DNA of 64,000 nt from Antedon mediterranea (Eukaryota; Animalia; Echinodermata): the NCBI RefSeq assembly GCF_964355755.1, contig NC_092670.1, positions 2,284,201-2,348,200 on the forward strand, written 5' to 3'. The notes beneath the pieces were generated by a model. The model was not told the origin of the DNA and made no database searches. It saw nothing but the letters and a program-made list of their open reading frames with translations. A program made the translations under genes and the position numbers. This document shows, piece by piece, positions 49,944-61,900 of the stretch (the stretch's first letter is position 1; each line of letters begins with the position of its first letter).

Positions 49944-52900
49944 CTAAAACATGTCAAAGTTTCTAGTGGTATTGGTAATAAATCTCCAGAAACATATTTT
50001 GTTTTATTATCTACACTGGGACCAGACGTGTATAATATACACCGACAAAACTTATACATATTATGTATAAGTTTTTTCGGTAACATTCAAAAATATTATG
50101 CAACAGTGTTACGGAATAATTATAATGAATTGGTCTATTATAGTTGTCTGTGATACCTTTTATTACATGATTGTACTTGCAACAGGATAGAATGAGGTTT
50201 AATCCAGTTATTATTCTTATATTAATTTTTTTTTTTTTTTATCTGGGGTGTATTTATTTGATTATACATGTTACCATTATTACACCCAAACAAAATAAAC
50301 GCCTTCCCTGAATAACTAAATGCCCGGACCTTTTATTCGGGTAACTATAGTAAGTTACTTCTAGCATTCTTAACTGTTGAGCTCGAGTATTTATTCGAAT
50401 TAACACCCGTTTTGAATAAAAGCCTCCATTCCCTCCAATAGAACATCATGTGGAATAAACGCTCCGCCACATGCATTTACCAAATAATTGTATCACAAAA
50501 CATTTCATTAATTACCATAATCTACAATTTACCAAGCATTTTGACATAATGTTATCATTTTTTTATATTAATTGTGCTGTATTTTTTTACATTTAGGTGG
50601 TATTTATTTGATTATACATGTTACCATATTATACCCCAAATAAAGATGCCTCCCCTCCCCCTAAAAACCCTTTTGAACAATAAATGCCCGGGGCGTTTAA
50701 TCGGATACACATGGCAAGTTACTTCTAGCATTCTGAAAAGAACTGTTGAGCTTGACGTTTATATCAAAATGTTCTCGTGGACAGCAATAACTAGTAGGCC
50801 TACTTGAAATTGAAACAATTTAAAGTATCATATTTGCATAACATTACTGTCTAAGGATAAGTTGTGTAGAGATATGTTTTTTGTTTGAAACATTAGTAAT
50901 AGTATTTTCTGTTCATCTTTTAACCACATTTTCTATTACAATGAATGTAAATATGTATATTTCGAACAATTTGATACCAAATTTAAGTTTCTACGACCAG
51001 TACTTACAGAGATATGAAGATGCCCTGGTATGTGGGTCAAAGGTCAGAAATGGCATTTCTGATAATTTTTTACTAAAATGTCCCATTAGACGGAATATAA
51101 ATGCATGCCTTCTGAACATTTTGAGACCAAAATTGACTTGCTGCGACCAGTGGTTGCCGAGATACAAGTACCTTTATTTATTTGTTTATATAACCCTTGA
51201 CCCTGACCCTTTGACGTTTTGTAACATTTTTCAAAATGTTTTTCATATAACAAAATATATATTTCGAACAATTTAAAACCAAATTCAAGTGTCTACGACC
51301 AGTAGTTACGGAGATAAATACATGCCCTGGGTTGTGGGTCAAAGGTCAGAAATGGCATTTCCGGTCATTTTAAACTAACATGTCCCATTAGACTGAATAT
51401 AAATGTATACCTTCTAATCAATTTGAGACCAAAATTACTTCGCTGTGACCAGTGGTTGTTCAGATTTAAGGACATATTGGTGTTTGGTCTTATGACCTTT
51501 CACCCTGACCTTTTGACCTTTCGCCACATTTTCAAAATGTGTAACCAAGCCAAAAATGATTGTTTGACCACCCTAAACCAATTTCTGAAGTCAAATTCTC
51601 TGGACCTCAAAGTGCATACGAAAGTTGATCTAGCTACTAGAGTATTTGGGGTTTTCAGGGAATTTGTTAGTGTCGGAATTGATGAACGAAGATTCCTCGA
51701 ACCGTTCAATTATGATAGCCTAAGATTAAACTCTAGGCCATAGGCTATAGGTATTTTTTTCACTGGTTAAGAGTATTTCCTCCTTGGTACCTCCTTCCTC
51801 TTCCTATTATTTTTATACTCTATATTTTATCCTAATAATTTAAGATTTATTGAATTAATCAAATTGTTTCATTCATCGATTTTAATATTTTATTTATTAA
51901 TCTATGACTTTGCACTTATTTGTATAATCATACCTGTGTTGGAGGCTTCACATCCCAATCTTCTTTGTTTTCTACTTCAATGTCCATATCAGTGTGCAAC
52001 AAATCTATATATTTGGGAATTTGTATAGGTATTTCCCCAAATAAGTGACTCTCTCTGAATACCTCCTGAAAGTAATGTATAGAAGGAAATCTAGATATAG
52101 TCTGGAAGACAAGTGAGACTTTAGTAGATGTTTCATTGTATTACTTTTACTATTTTGTTAAAAATAAAATGATGTAAAAAAGCTAATATTCTGCAACCCA
52201 AGGGAGTTTGAAGGGTGGAAATCACTTTTCCAAGCTATAGAGACCATGCCAGGCTGTAGGCAGATTTCATCTACATCATCTAATTTTTTTGGATGCCACT
52301 TGCAGTATTTTTTTTCAATTTGTGCCCTTCTGGAAGAAGAGAGAGTCTGTAACAATGCTGGCTATAGGCTTTTATTGTAGGACAGTCAACTTACATTTAA
52401 AAGTAGATACATTTTTTTTAAAGTATAGTAGGTTTGACATTGATTTTCATGACTGAAGCAAATACTCTATTCATTGGGTGGTGACATATTATACAAATTT
52501 TCAATTGTATTATGTATTGAATTACAATCAAAATAATATACAGTATGACTTTTACAATAAACAAACAATAAATTACCTTTTCTCTATCAGTGTCCCAAGT
52601 TCTTACTCGAAGTTGATACTTGTTAATCAATACCTTTCCAAACACACCTAGCCTTGCTGTTTTTTTACAAGCACCTCTATTTGTTATTGTAGGCCTACCA
52701 GTAAGACCATATTTAGAAAAATGTTTTGAATGTACACAACACTGTCCATTGTTTAAAGAAAAGGTTATGTCATCATCTTCATTACTGTCCAGTTTTATTC
52801 TTCTCCATTCACCTTGACACGTTGTAACAAGTAAAGTGAATTCCCAACACTCTTCATCTACAGCATTATGTGGAAATGACAGCAAGCAGTGGTTTCTAAA

Positions 52901-55900
52901 GACTGTGCCTGGTGGTCCACATCTAACAACAGGTGAAAGTATTGTTTCAAGAGAATCTGATAACAAATCACTAGGGAATGAGGTATTTTCTAGTGAGACT
53001 TTAACATTCTTTCCTTCTTCAATTGCTCCAGGATTTATCACCAACTTTGTGTCTTTATCCTTAAGATAGAGAGTTTCGCCTTTGGAGTCCACAATTAACT
53101 CCACAATTTGGTCTGTGGAATCAAAATGCTTTATAAATTTAATATATGTTGTAATTATATGTGGTTTATTAATATAATAATAACACTAACACTAACAATA
53201 ATAATAATAATAATAATAATAATAATTGCCATGTATTTTTTTTTGTGTGCTGTCTTCTGTTCTATGATTTAGATGTTAAAATCTCTTAAAGGTGAAGCTT
53301 TAAAATTAGCACAGTACATTACGGAATAATTGTTAAGCAAATACACAAACATGGTAATTACACTTTTGTTATATAATTATAATTATTTTTCTTTTTCCTC
53401 ATCACCTGGTATATAATTAAAAATGTTTGTGTTTAACTCATAGTATCGCTAAAATATTTTGGCATTGAAAAGTCCATATTAATATGCACTCTAAAAGAAT
53501 AGCTTACAATACCTGGCTCTGATGCAAAAAAATGTAAACGGTTTTCGTTGTTTTTCAGTTGATTTATGGGAAGAACCTATTAAAAAATAAAATATGAACT
53601 ATAATACTAAACAAATTTTATTATCCTTAATATACTACATTTTGGAAAGCTGTCTATGAAGGTCCTTCTTCTAATTTCAGTTTCATAAATTATCAATTTG
53701 ATATGTTTGTAAAACTAAAAAAAGGAGTATGCACATATCAAAATTGGGATAGTTTCTCACAATATTTTTTAAAAGATGCTTTCACCTTCATTTTTAACAA
53801 ATCAACAAAAAATATGTAAAACAATTATTAACTTTAAAAAACTTTAAAATAATGTTATTTCAATTATAGGAATCATGCGTTATTCTATAAGTAAGGTATA
53901 CCTGCTAGTTGTATTTCATATCTTTTTTCAACAATATCTTTCTGAAACATATCAGCAAGATTGTTACTGCCATGTTGAATTAGTGCAATGCAAAATACTT
54001 CAAGTTGATTCCATTGGATATCAATATTGGTTCTCCAAAAATTCATCATTTCTTTGGTAGATGTAATTAGCTCACTTCCAAACTTTGTCACCGTTAATGA
54101 GCTAAGACCCAGATGAACACCAAACAATTTCCAGTTATGAATTTCTTCAGATACTTTTCTAATAATTTGATCATCCACGTACCCTATGATAGAAAAATTA
54201 GCTTTGACTTTGAATTATTGGCTATTCCTAAGTAAATTAACTTTTAAAATTTGCAATCCTTAGATTTTTAATGCCATAAAAAACCTACTAAATCTTACCT
54301 TCGTTATGAGATCGTGATGGTATAGCTATAAAAATAAATAAATAGATATAAATTTGTCAATCAGTATACATCTTTATAATATTACTAAAAACAATCTCAA
54401 AAACTGTATTCCAAATTTTTTTTAAATTCAACACTATTGGACCATACCAAACTAAAACTACTTACTTTCATCTTGAGATTTTAAAGTTTCTGTAACAGTA
54501 AATATATGTAAATTAATCAATAATGCAGGGTGAATCCAGTAACGTAAAGGATACTGGTACTAGAGGGTGTAATGTGGTCTGATTCCTGTAAAAGTTGGCT
54601 TGTGAGAGATCGGTCACCATTGCATAGAATGGAACACCAACTTTTCTGCGTAGAATAGACCTACTGTAGAACCGTTTTTTATTTGACTTGCAGGCCAGTT
54701 AGACAGCCTTTTTTTCCCCATTTCGAGTGGGGTTTGTCTGAAACAACTCAGATCCACCACTGATAATGTCAACACATTGTACTATGGGATACTGCAAAAT
54801 ATCAAAATATATGTGTATAACTTTAAATGCCTTGCCTTTTGGTAGCACAGCTTCCCCAAACAATTTACGGTAAAGTTTAACTTCCATTTGATTGCTTCCA
54901 CAAGGCAACACATCCTGGTCAAACTTGCGAATAAGATGCATATGAGCATTTTGAATGTTTGGACTAGATGCACACGGGATGTACATCCTTACTTCAAGAC
55001 CTCGGGCATCCTTCTGACTGAATACTTTTAACTCTTTTTGAAGGAAATGAAGAACCTAAAAAAATCCATGTATATTACTGCAGTATGTAGAAATAACACA
55101 TTAAAAAAATAAAATTTGTTATGCTAATTATTTTGGCAATTTTTTTTAAAATTCTGAACAGAAGTACTTATCACTGTCATATATTTAACTTTATTTATAA
55201 CAATCATACGAAAGCCCATTAATGCCATTTTAAGTATATGTTTTTCGAACGTAATCCGTTTTAACGAATTAGTAATTCGTTTGAACGGATTAATAATCTG
55301 TTCAAACGAATTAGTAATCCGTTCAAACGAATTGCAACATATACAACAAGTGCCATTTAAAGTATATGTTGTAATTCGTTTGAACGGATTACTAATCCGT
55401 TCAAACAAATTACTAATTTGTTCAAACGGATTACTAATTCGTTCAAACGAATTACTAATTTGTTTAAACGGATTAGTAATCCGTTCTAACGAATTACTAA
55501 TTCGTTTAACGAATTACTAATTCGTTTAAACAAATTAATAATTTGTTTAAACGGATTACTAATCTGTTTGAACAAATTAGTAATTCGTTTGAACGAATTA
55601 GTAATCCGTTTAAACAAATTATTAATTTGTTTAAACAAATTACTAATCCGTTTAAACGGATTCCTAATTCGTTTTAACAGATTATTAATCTGTTTAAACA
55701 AATTAGTAATTCGTTTGAACAGATTAGTAATCCGTTCAAACGAATTACAACATATTCTTTAAATGGCACTTGTTGTATATGTTGCAATTGGTTTGAACAG
55801 ATTACTAATTCGTTTGAACAGATTACTAATCCCTTCAAACGAATTACTAATTTGTTTAAACAGAGTATTAATCTGTTCAAACGAATTAGGAATCCGTCCA

Positions 55901-58900
55901 AACGGATTAGTAATTTGTTTAAACGGATTACTAATCTGTTTAAACGAATTAGTAATCCGTTTAAACAAATTATTAATTTGTTTAAACAAATTAATAATTT
56001 GTTTAAACAGATTACTAATTCGTTCAAACGGATTACTAATTCGTTCAAACGAATTACTAATTCGTTCAAACAGATTATTAATCCGTTTAAACAAATTATT
56101 AATTCGTTTAAACAAATTAGTAATCCGTTTAAACAAATTAGTAATCCGTTTAAACAAATTATTAATTTGTTTAAACAAATTACTAATTTGTTTAAACAGA
56201 TTACTAATTCGTTCAAACGAATTACTAATTCGTTAGAACGGATTACTAATCAGTTTAAACAAATTATTAATTCGTTTAAACAAATTAGTAATCCGTTTAA
56301 ACAAATTAGTAATTCGTTTGAACGAATTAGTAACTCGTTTGAACAAATTAGTAATCCGTTTAAACAAATTAGTAATTCGTTTGAACGGATTAGTAATCCG
56401 TTTAAACGAATTACAACTTATACTTTAAATGGCACTTGTTGTATATGTTGCAATTCGTTTGAACGGATTACTAATTCGTTTGAACAGATTATTAATCCGT
56501 TCAAACGAATTACTAATTCGTTAGAACGGATTACTAATCAGTTTAAACAAATTATTAATTCGTTTAAACAAATTAGTAATCCGTTTAAACAAATTAGTAA
56601 TTCGTTTGAACGAATTAGTAACTCGTTTGAACAAATTAGTAATCCGTTTAAACAAATTAGTAATTCGTTTGAACGGATTAGTAATCCGTTTAAACGAATT
56701 ACAACTTATACTTTAAATGGCACTTGTTGTATATGTTGCAATTCGTTTGAACGGATTACTAATTCGTTTGAACAGATTATTAATCCGTTCAAACGAATTA
56801 CTAATTCGTTAGAACGGATTACGTTCGAAAAACATATACTTAAAATGGCATTAATGGGCTTTCGTACAATCATAATAATTTTCCTTTACTGTGAGTATGT
56901 ACCCTAAGAGTCCCTTTGTGTTGTGCCAAACGGTACTCGTTTGTCTGTCCACAATGACAGTGTCTGACTTGTACACCAGGGTGGGGTAACCCCCTACTCT
57001 TCTGAAAGATGAACAGGGTTATTTATATTACTTGGATCTCCAGTTATAAGTCCTTATCCACAAAGACTTGTTCTCCCACCAGCACTATAGTTGAGGAGTG
57101 CATTGAATTTGTTGATTTTATGGCTGTGGTTTAATTGTTCCTGTATTATCACTTTCATATCTACTAGCCTACCTTCTTACAGACTTCAGGTAGTGGCTTA
57201 ATGTCGTCTTCTAGAGAACTATCAGCCTTGATGCTCTTTGTTCTGACTATTGTTGTCTGCAATATAAAATAATGAACCTTGTAGTTTGACACATTGTAAA
57301 TGGTAGTCTGTCTTGTATTTTTTTTAATGGATTGATGCTTGTTATTTCATTTGTCGGAGGTAAATAAATTTAACAGATTATAGCAATCCATACAACAGAC
57401 ATGGTCTTGATATATTATATTGTACAGATATATTTAAAATGTTTATGGGGTGAACATAGCCAAGGCAAACCTTTCATTTTTGTTTTTAATGTAGAAAATA
57501 TGTGATTAAAATTGTTTTAATGAAAGTTATTGGTTATTTTTGCTGTAGAATACTAAATTATAGGGATTAAAATTTAAACACTGATGACATGGCACTGGGC
57601 CCTTTAATTCAGCTTTTGCTACTATATATCAAGTATAAATTTTAAAAATTTACCTGTAACATACGGCAATGTTTGATGGTAGCTACATATAGAATGACCA
57701 GATGTTCAGCATCAATATTCAATTCTACATGCTCATACGATAGGCGAGGTTCAACATCTTCCATTTGAAATTTCTCAATGAATTTGGTTGCAGCACGTTG
57801 AAAGAGATCATCTGGAAGATAGCTACCAAAATCATGAAAAAGTGAAATTGCACGCTTGTCTTCAAATTGAGGCTGTGGTGGGGGTTCTGGTTTAAGACGC
57901 GAGAGAACGTAGAAAATGTGTTCATCCTTCTATAAAATGAAAAAGAATATATCTTATAGATTGATAGTTTTGTAAAGAAGATGAATTTAATACTTGAATG
58001 CATTCCTGGTTTCAATATCAATACCTTTTTACTAGCACACATTAAACCAAACTTTTCCATGAGAGACACAAAGAAGTTAAAAGTCTCATCAGAATCACAA
58101 AACTCTTTCCACAGATATCTCAACAAACCAACTTCTAAAATGCCAGTGTCCAGTCTTTGCCAAGCTTTCCACATTACTGGCTCCTATTAAAAAATAAATA
58201 AATATCAGTGTAGTTTTCAGTTAGTCAAATTATTTAGGAATATTTAATAAGGACATAAGTAAGAAGATGTTTTAGTAACTCTGAATATAATTAGGATATT
58301 GAGAATATTGATTCTTGTATTACTGTATACCTGTATATTTCATTTTACAGTTAGAATATACAGTATAAAAAATTTCACAAAATTGTTATTGTAATGATTG
58401 TACACTGTACCTATTTCCTAATAAGTATATTTTTTTTTATATTTTCATAAAAATTGTTTAAAAATAAAAATCTTACTTTTCGCTTTTTAGCATGATGCAT
58501 ACTGAATTTATATATATAGATACTAGAATAAGAATACATATTGGAGAGAGCAGTGTCAAAATATTTATTTGCTAACCATATTTTCAGGCTCTTTAACAGT
58601 AATGAATGTTTTTGACATGTCAACTAGTTTCATCAAATCTATAACTATTATATCTCTTAGTGCCTCATCATCTGGGTAGTAGAGAATCTCGCCAATGTCA
58701 TGTAAATACTCAAGCAGGAATCGCTGATTTTCTGTATCTTCACAGTCTTTTAGTAAAATGTGTACCTGTAAGAAAATAGTTTCATAATAAACATTTACAA
58801 TCTGAAATAACTCTAATGATTTTAATACCTTATTTTCATCATTTTTGTAATTAATTTCTGGATTGCATTTCACTAAATGTTCATGGAATTGTCATGATTC

Positions 58901-61900
58901 ATCTATTATACAGTATAAGCACTTATTAAATGTATAATATCATCAGTATATGACGATGCAACATTACAGTCAAGTCTATCCAAATACAGATCAAAATGGC
59001 AGTTAATTTTTTTTTAAAGCCAAGTAATATGAATTGTTTATAAAATACTTTGTTTTCCATATGGCAGTGATCATTTATAAAAATAATAATATTTGAATTT
59101 ACAGATGCATTTATTGCTTTTTTGCTTTTCAGTGTGTACCAATTTCTATATTATTATTACATCAGCATATTTTTAAAACGATTATTTTCCTGCTTGTATT
59201 TCACCTTAGAAACTTGTAAATAGATGTGCTCTTTTTTCAAGCTTTGGATTTCCTGCTGTCCTCGCAGCCATTTTATTGGCAAAGTGCGGATCATTTTCTT
59301 GGAAAATTCCAGTATATGTTTCATTATGACAGAAGCATTGCTCTGTGCAAATGGTACACTGTTTTCAATGGTAAAGATAGTTGAACACACCATAGCCGCA
59401 TATGGTTTGTCTTTTAGGGCTTGCCATATTCTTTCCTTTATCTTTGCAAGCTGTAATAAAGTGAATTATATATATCAGAGTGTATGATAAACCTTAACAG
59501 ATTGATTATCTAACATTTACTATTTCAAAATATAAAAATAAGGCTGTAAAAAGTTTAGTAAAACATTTACGGTGAACATTCTTTTTATCACCAGAACCAA
59601 TTCTTTAGGACTTTGTAATATAGATTCATTTTACCTTGCATTTCTTTTCTTCTTCAGTTCCTATAAGGCCATTTAAATGTGTACCTATCAGTAATACAGG
59701 AGGACAAGGCTGACCATTTATCTTTGCATCAGGTCTGCTGTTTGTGTATATGGAACGAATCCAAGAAAGAATAAACTCCAGATTTGTCATTCGATGTGGA
59801 TATGTTTGACCCTAAAAAATACAATAGCATCTCAATCTCTTGCCAAAGACTCAAGTTATTCATTGGTCAACTATTCTAATGTAGTAATACAGTTTTTTTA
59901 GTTTAATCTGCGAATAAACTTTTACCACATATCTTTGACAATCACACATTTGAAGCTTAGAAGCAAGTTCACCAGACGTGTCCAAGAGAGGTATTCAAAC
60001 ATTTTTCAAGAAATGAAATTAATAAAATAGTTTGTTTTATGAATTATATCATTGAGAATTCTTCTTAAAAGCTAATAGTATAAATACAGTATTGTGACCA
60101 AATTATAATTTAAAACAAACTTATTATGATGCTGCTTACAGATGTTGGATCCAAAACCTTAGCTGGGGCATCAAGATCATCACAAAGGTTGAATACTACA
60201 CAAATAACAGCAAAAGATACCATAAAGATCTGGGAGATCAATAAAACAGTGGCATTCAATGAATGGTGAATATTATACAGATTTTGACTGCTTAGAGGTT
60301 AAATATAAGATTTGACATCCCCGAGGGAATGATATTTTGTTCGAGGGAATATTTATAATTCCCGAAGCGCTAGCTGAGAGAAATATATCATTCATAATAA
60401 TCATTCCCTCGGGGTTGTCAAATCTTATATTTTACCGATATAAAAGGCGATATTTGTTATTACATAGCCAACAACAAGTTGAATATCTACTGCTGGGTCG
60501 GGTGTAGCTAGGCCTCCTTTGTAATAAGCCTGCCTAATTAGGCGTTGCATTCACCTTACCTTGCAAAGAATAATATACAGATAATTACTAATTAATGTTC
60601 CTTGGCAATAATATATTCATTAGGCCTAGGTCGTTTAAATTAACAGAAGAATTTCCATCAAAAAGCCTACATTAATAATAATAATATTATTATCAGGTAG
60701 GCAGAATAAATTATAATTCGTGTTGTTCGAGGAGCCAAATCACCGGATGTTCAGCGCGCCGCGCGTACCAGGTTACTACCGTGAGTATTAACCAATCACA
60801 AACGGTCTTTCATCACATCTAGGGAGGACTAATAACAAATGAGGGCGCTAATGTATGCATAGTTTAAATAGTTTAGTTGATTAATTTCTTCAAGCAAGTT
60901 GTGTGGCGCAACGGAAAAAACGTTGTCTTTTGATGATGTGACAAATCATGGTGAGTTCAAGTCCCAAGATGACTTTTGTTTATTTATCGCCAAACGCGAG
61001 TGTTGCCACACGAAAATTACACAGTCAATATCATCGTACTCGAGAATTTGCTGGATTTTATATGTTTAATGACAGAGACACGATAATTATGCGAAAATTA
61101 CTCAGTCAATATCATCGTGCTCGAGGATATATACGATTTATGATCCTCGCAGCGGTAGTCATGTGATGCAGTTTCAACCAATCATGTTCACGTATTTACA
61201 TAGGCTATGTAATATAAAAAAATATCTTTATTATCAATGAAATTTAAATTTTGAATTGTTAATGTAGTTTTTTTGTTTCAGTAGTTTTAATTTTTAGATT
61301 TAAGAATGTTGCGTCTATACTACTACTAAATTTATTACAGATTTGTGATAGAGATATTTGACCAATATAAAAATTATTACTTATTATTTTTTTAGTGTTG
61401 GCCTTTCCTAACTTTGTTTGTCTTATATTACAGGAGGAAGACCTGTGCAAGTAGAGCTAACCTGTTTCTCACAGAAATATGTGTTGGGAATATATGTGGA
61501 TAAACTAACTCCATGCTGGTATGACTTTCTGTCAGAATATGTCATGCAGGCATTGGGTAGAATAGTTGGTATATACCATACTTAATATTCCTGGCTGATT
61601 GATAGCTATATGCTGGTAACAATGCCAGCATCAATTCCAGCATTTTGTCTCCACTTTAGGTAATAAAATGTAACCACTTTACCCGCTGCATCACATGATA
61701 AATTGGTTGTCCTCCAAAATCTGAGATGTTCATCACAAACTTGTTGCTTGTCGTCTTGTCATCATTTCCTTCTTTCTGAAACTCAATTTCTATTAATTCT
61801 TCAATTTTTGAAGGAATCTTTGTCTGGTCATCACTTTCTTCTTTCTCAATCTTTGTCTGGTCTTCACTTCCTTCTTTCTGAAACTCAATCTGTATTAATT

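Noticed and set aside
52158-52355. 65-aa ORF after the ZU5 exon as a coding exon
   Set aside because: No donor and no recognisable motif; 52065-51934 fits better. It could at most be an alternative terminal exon.
55124-56907. LRR- or coiled-coil-like ORFs up to 351 aa
   Set aside because: Products of a 21-bp repeat inside a TIR element with a TSD, located in an intron.
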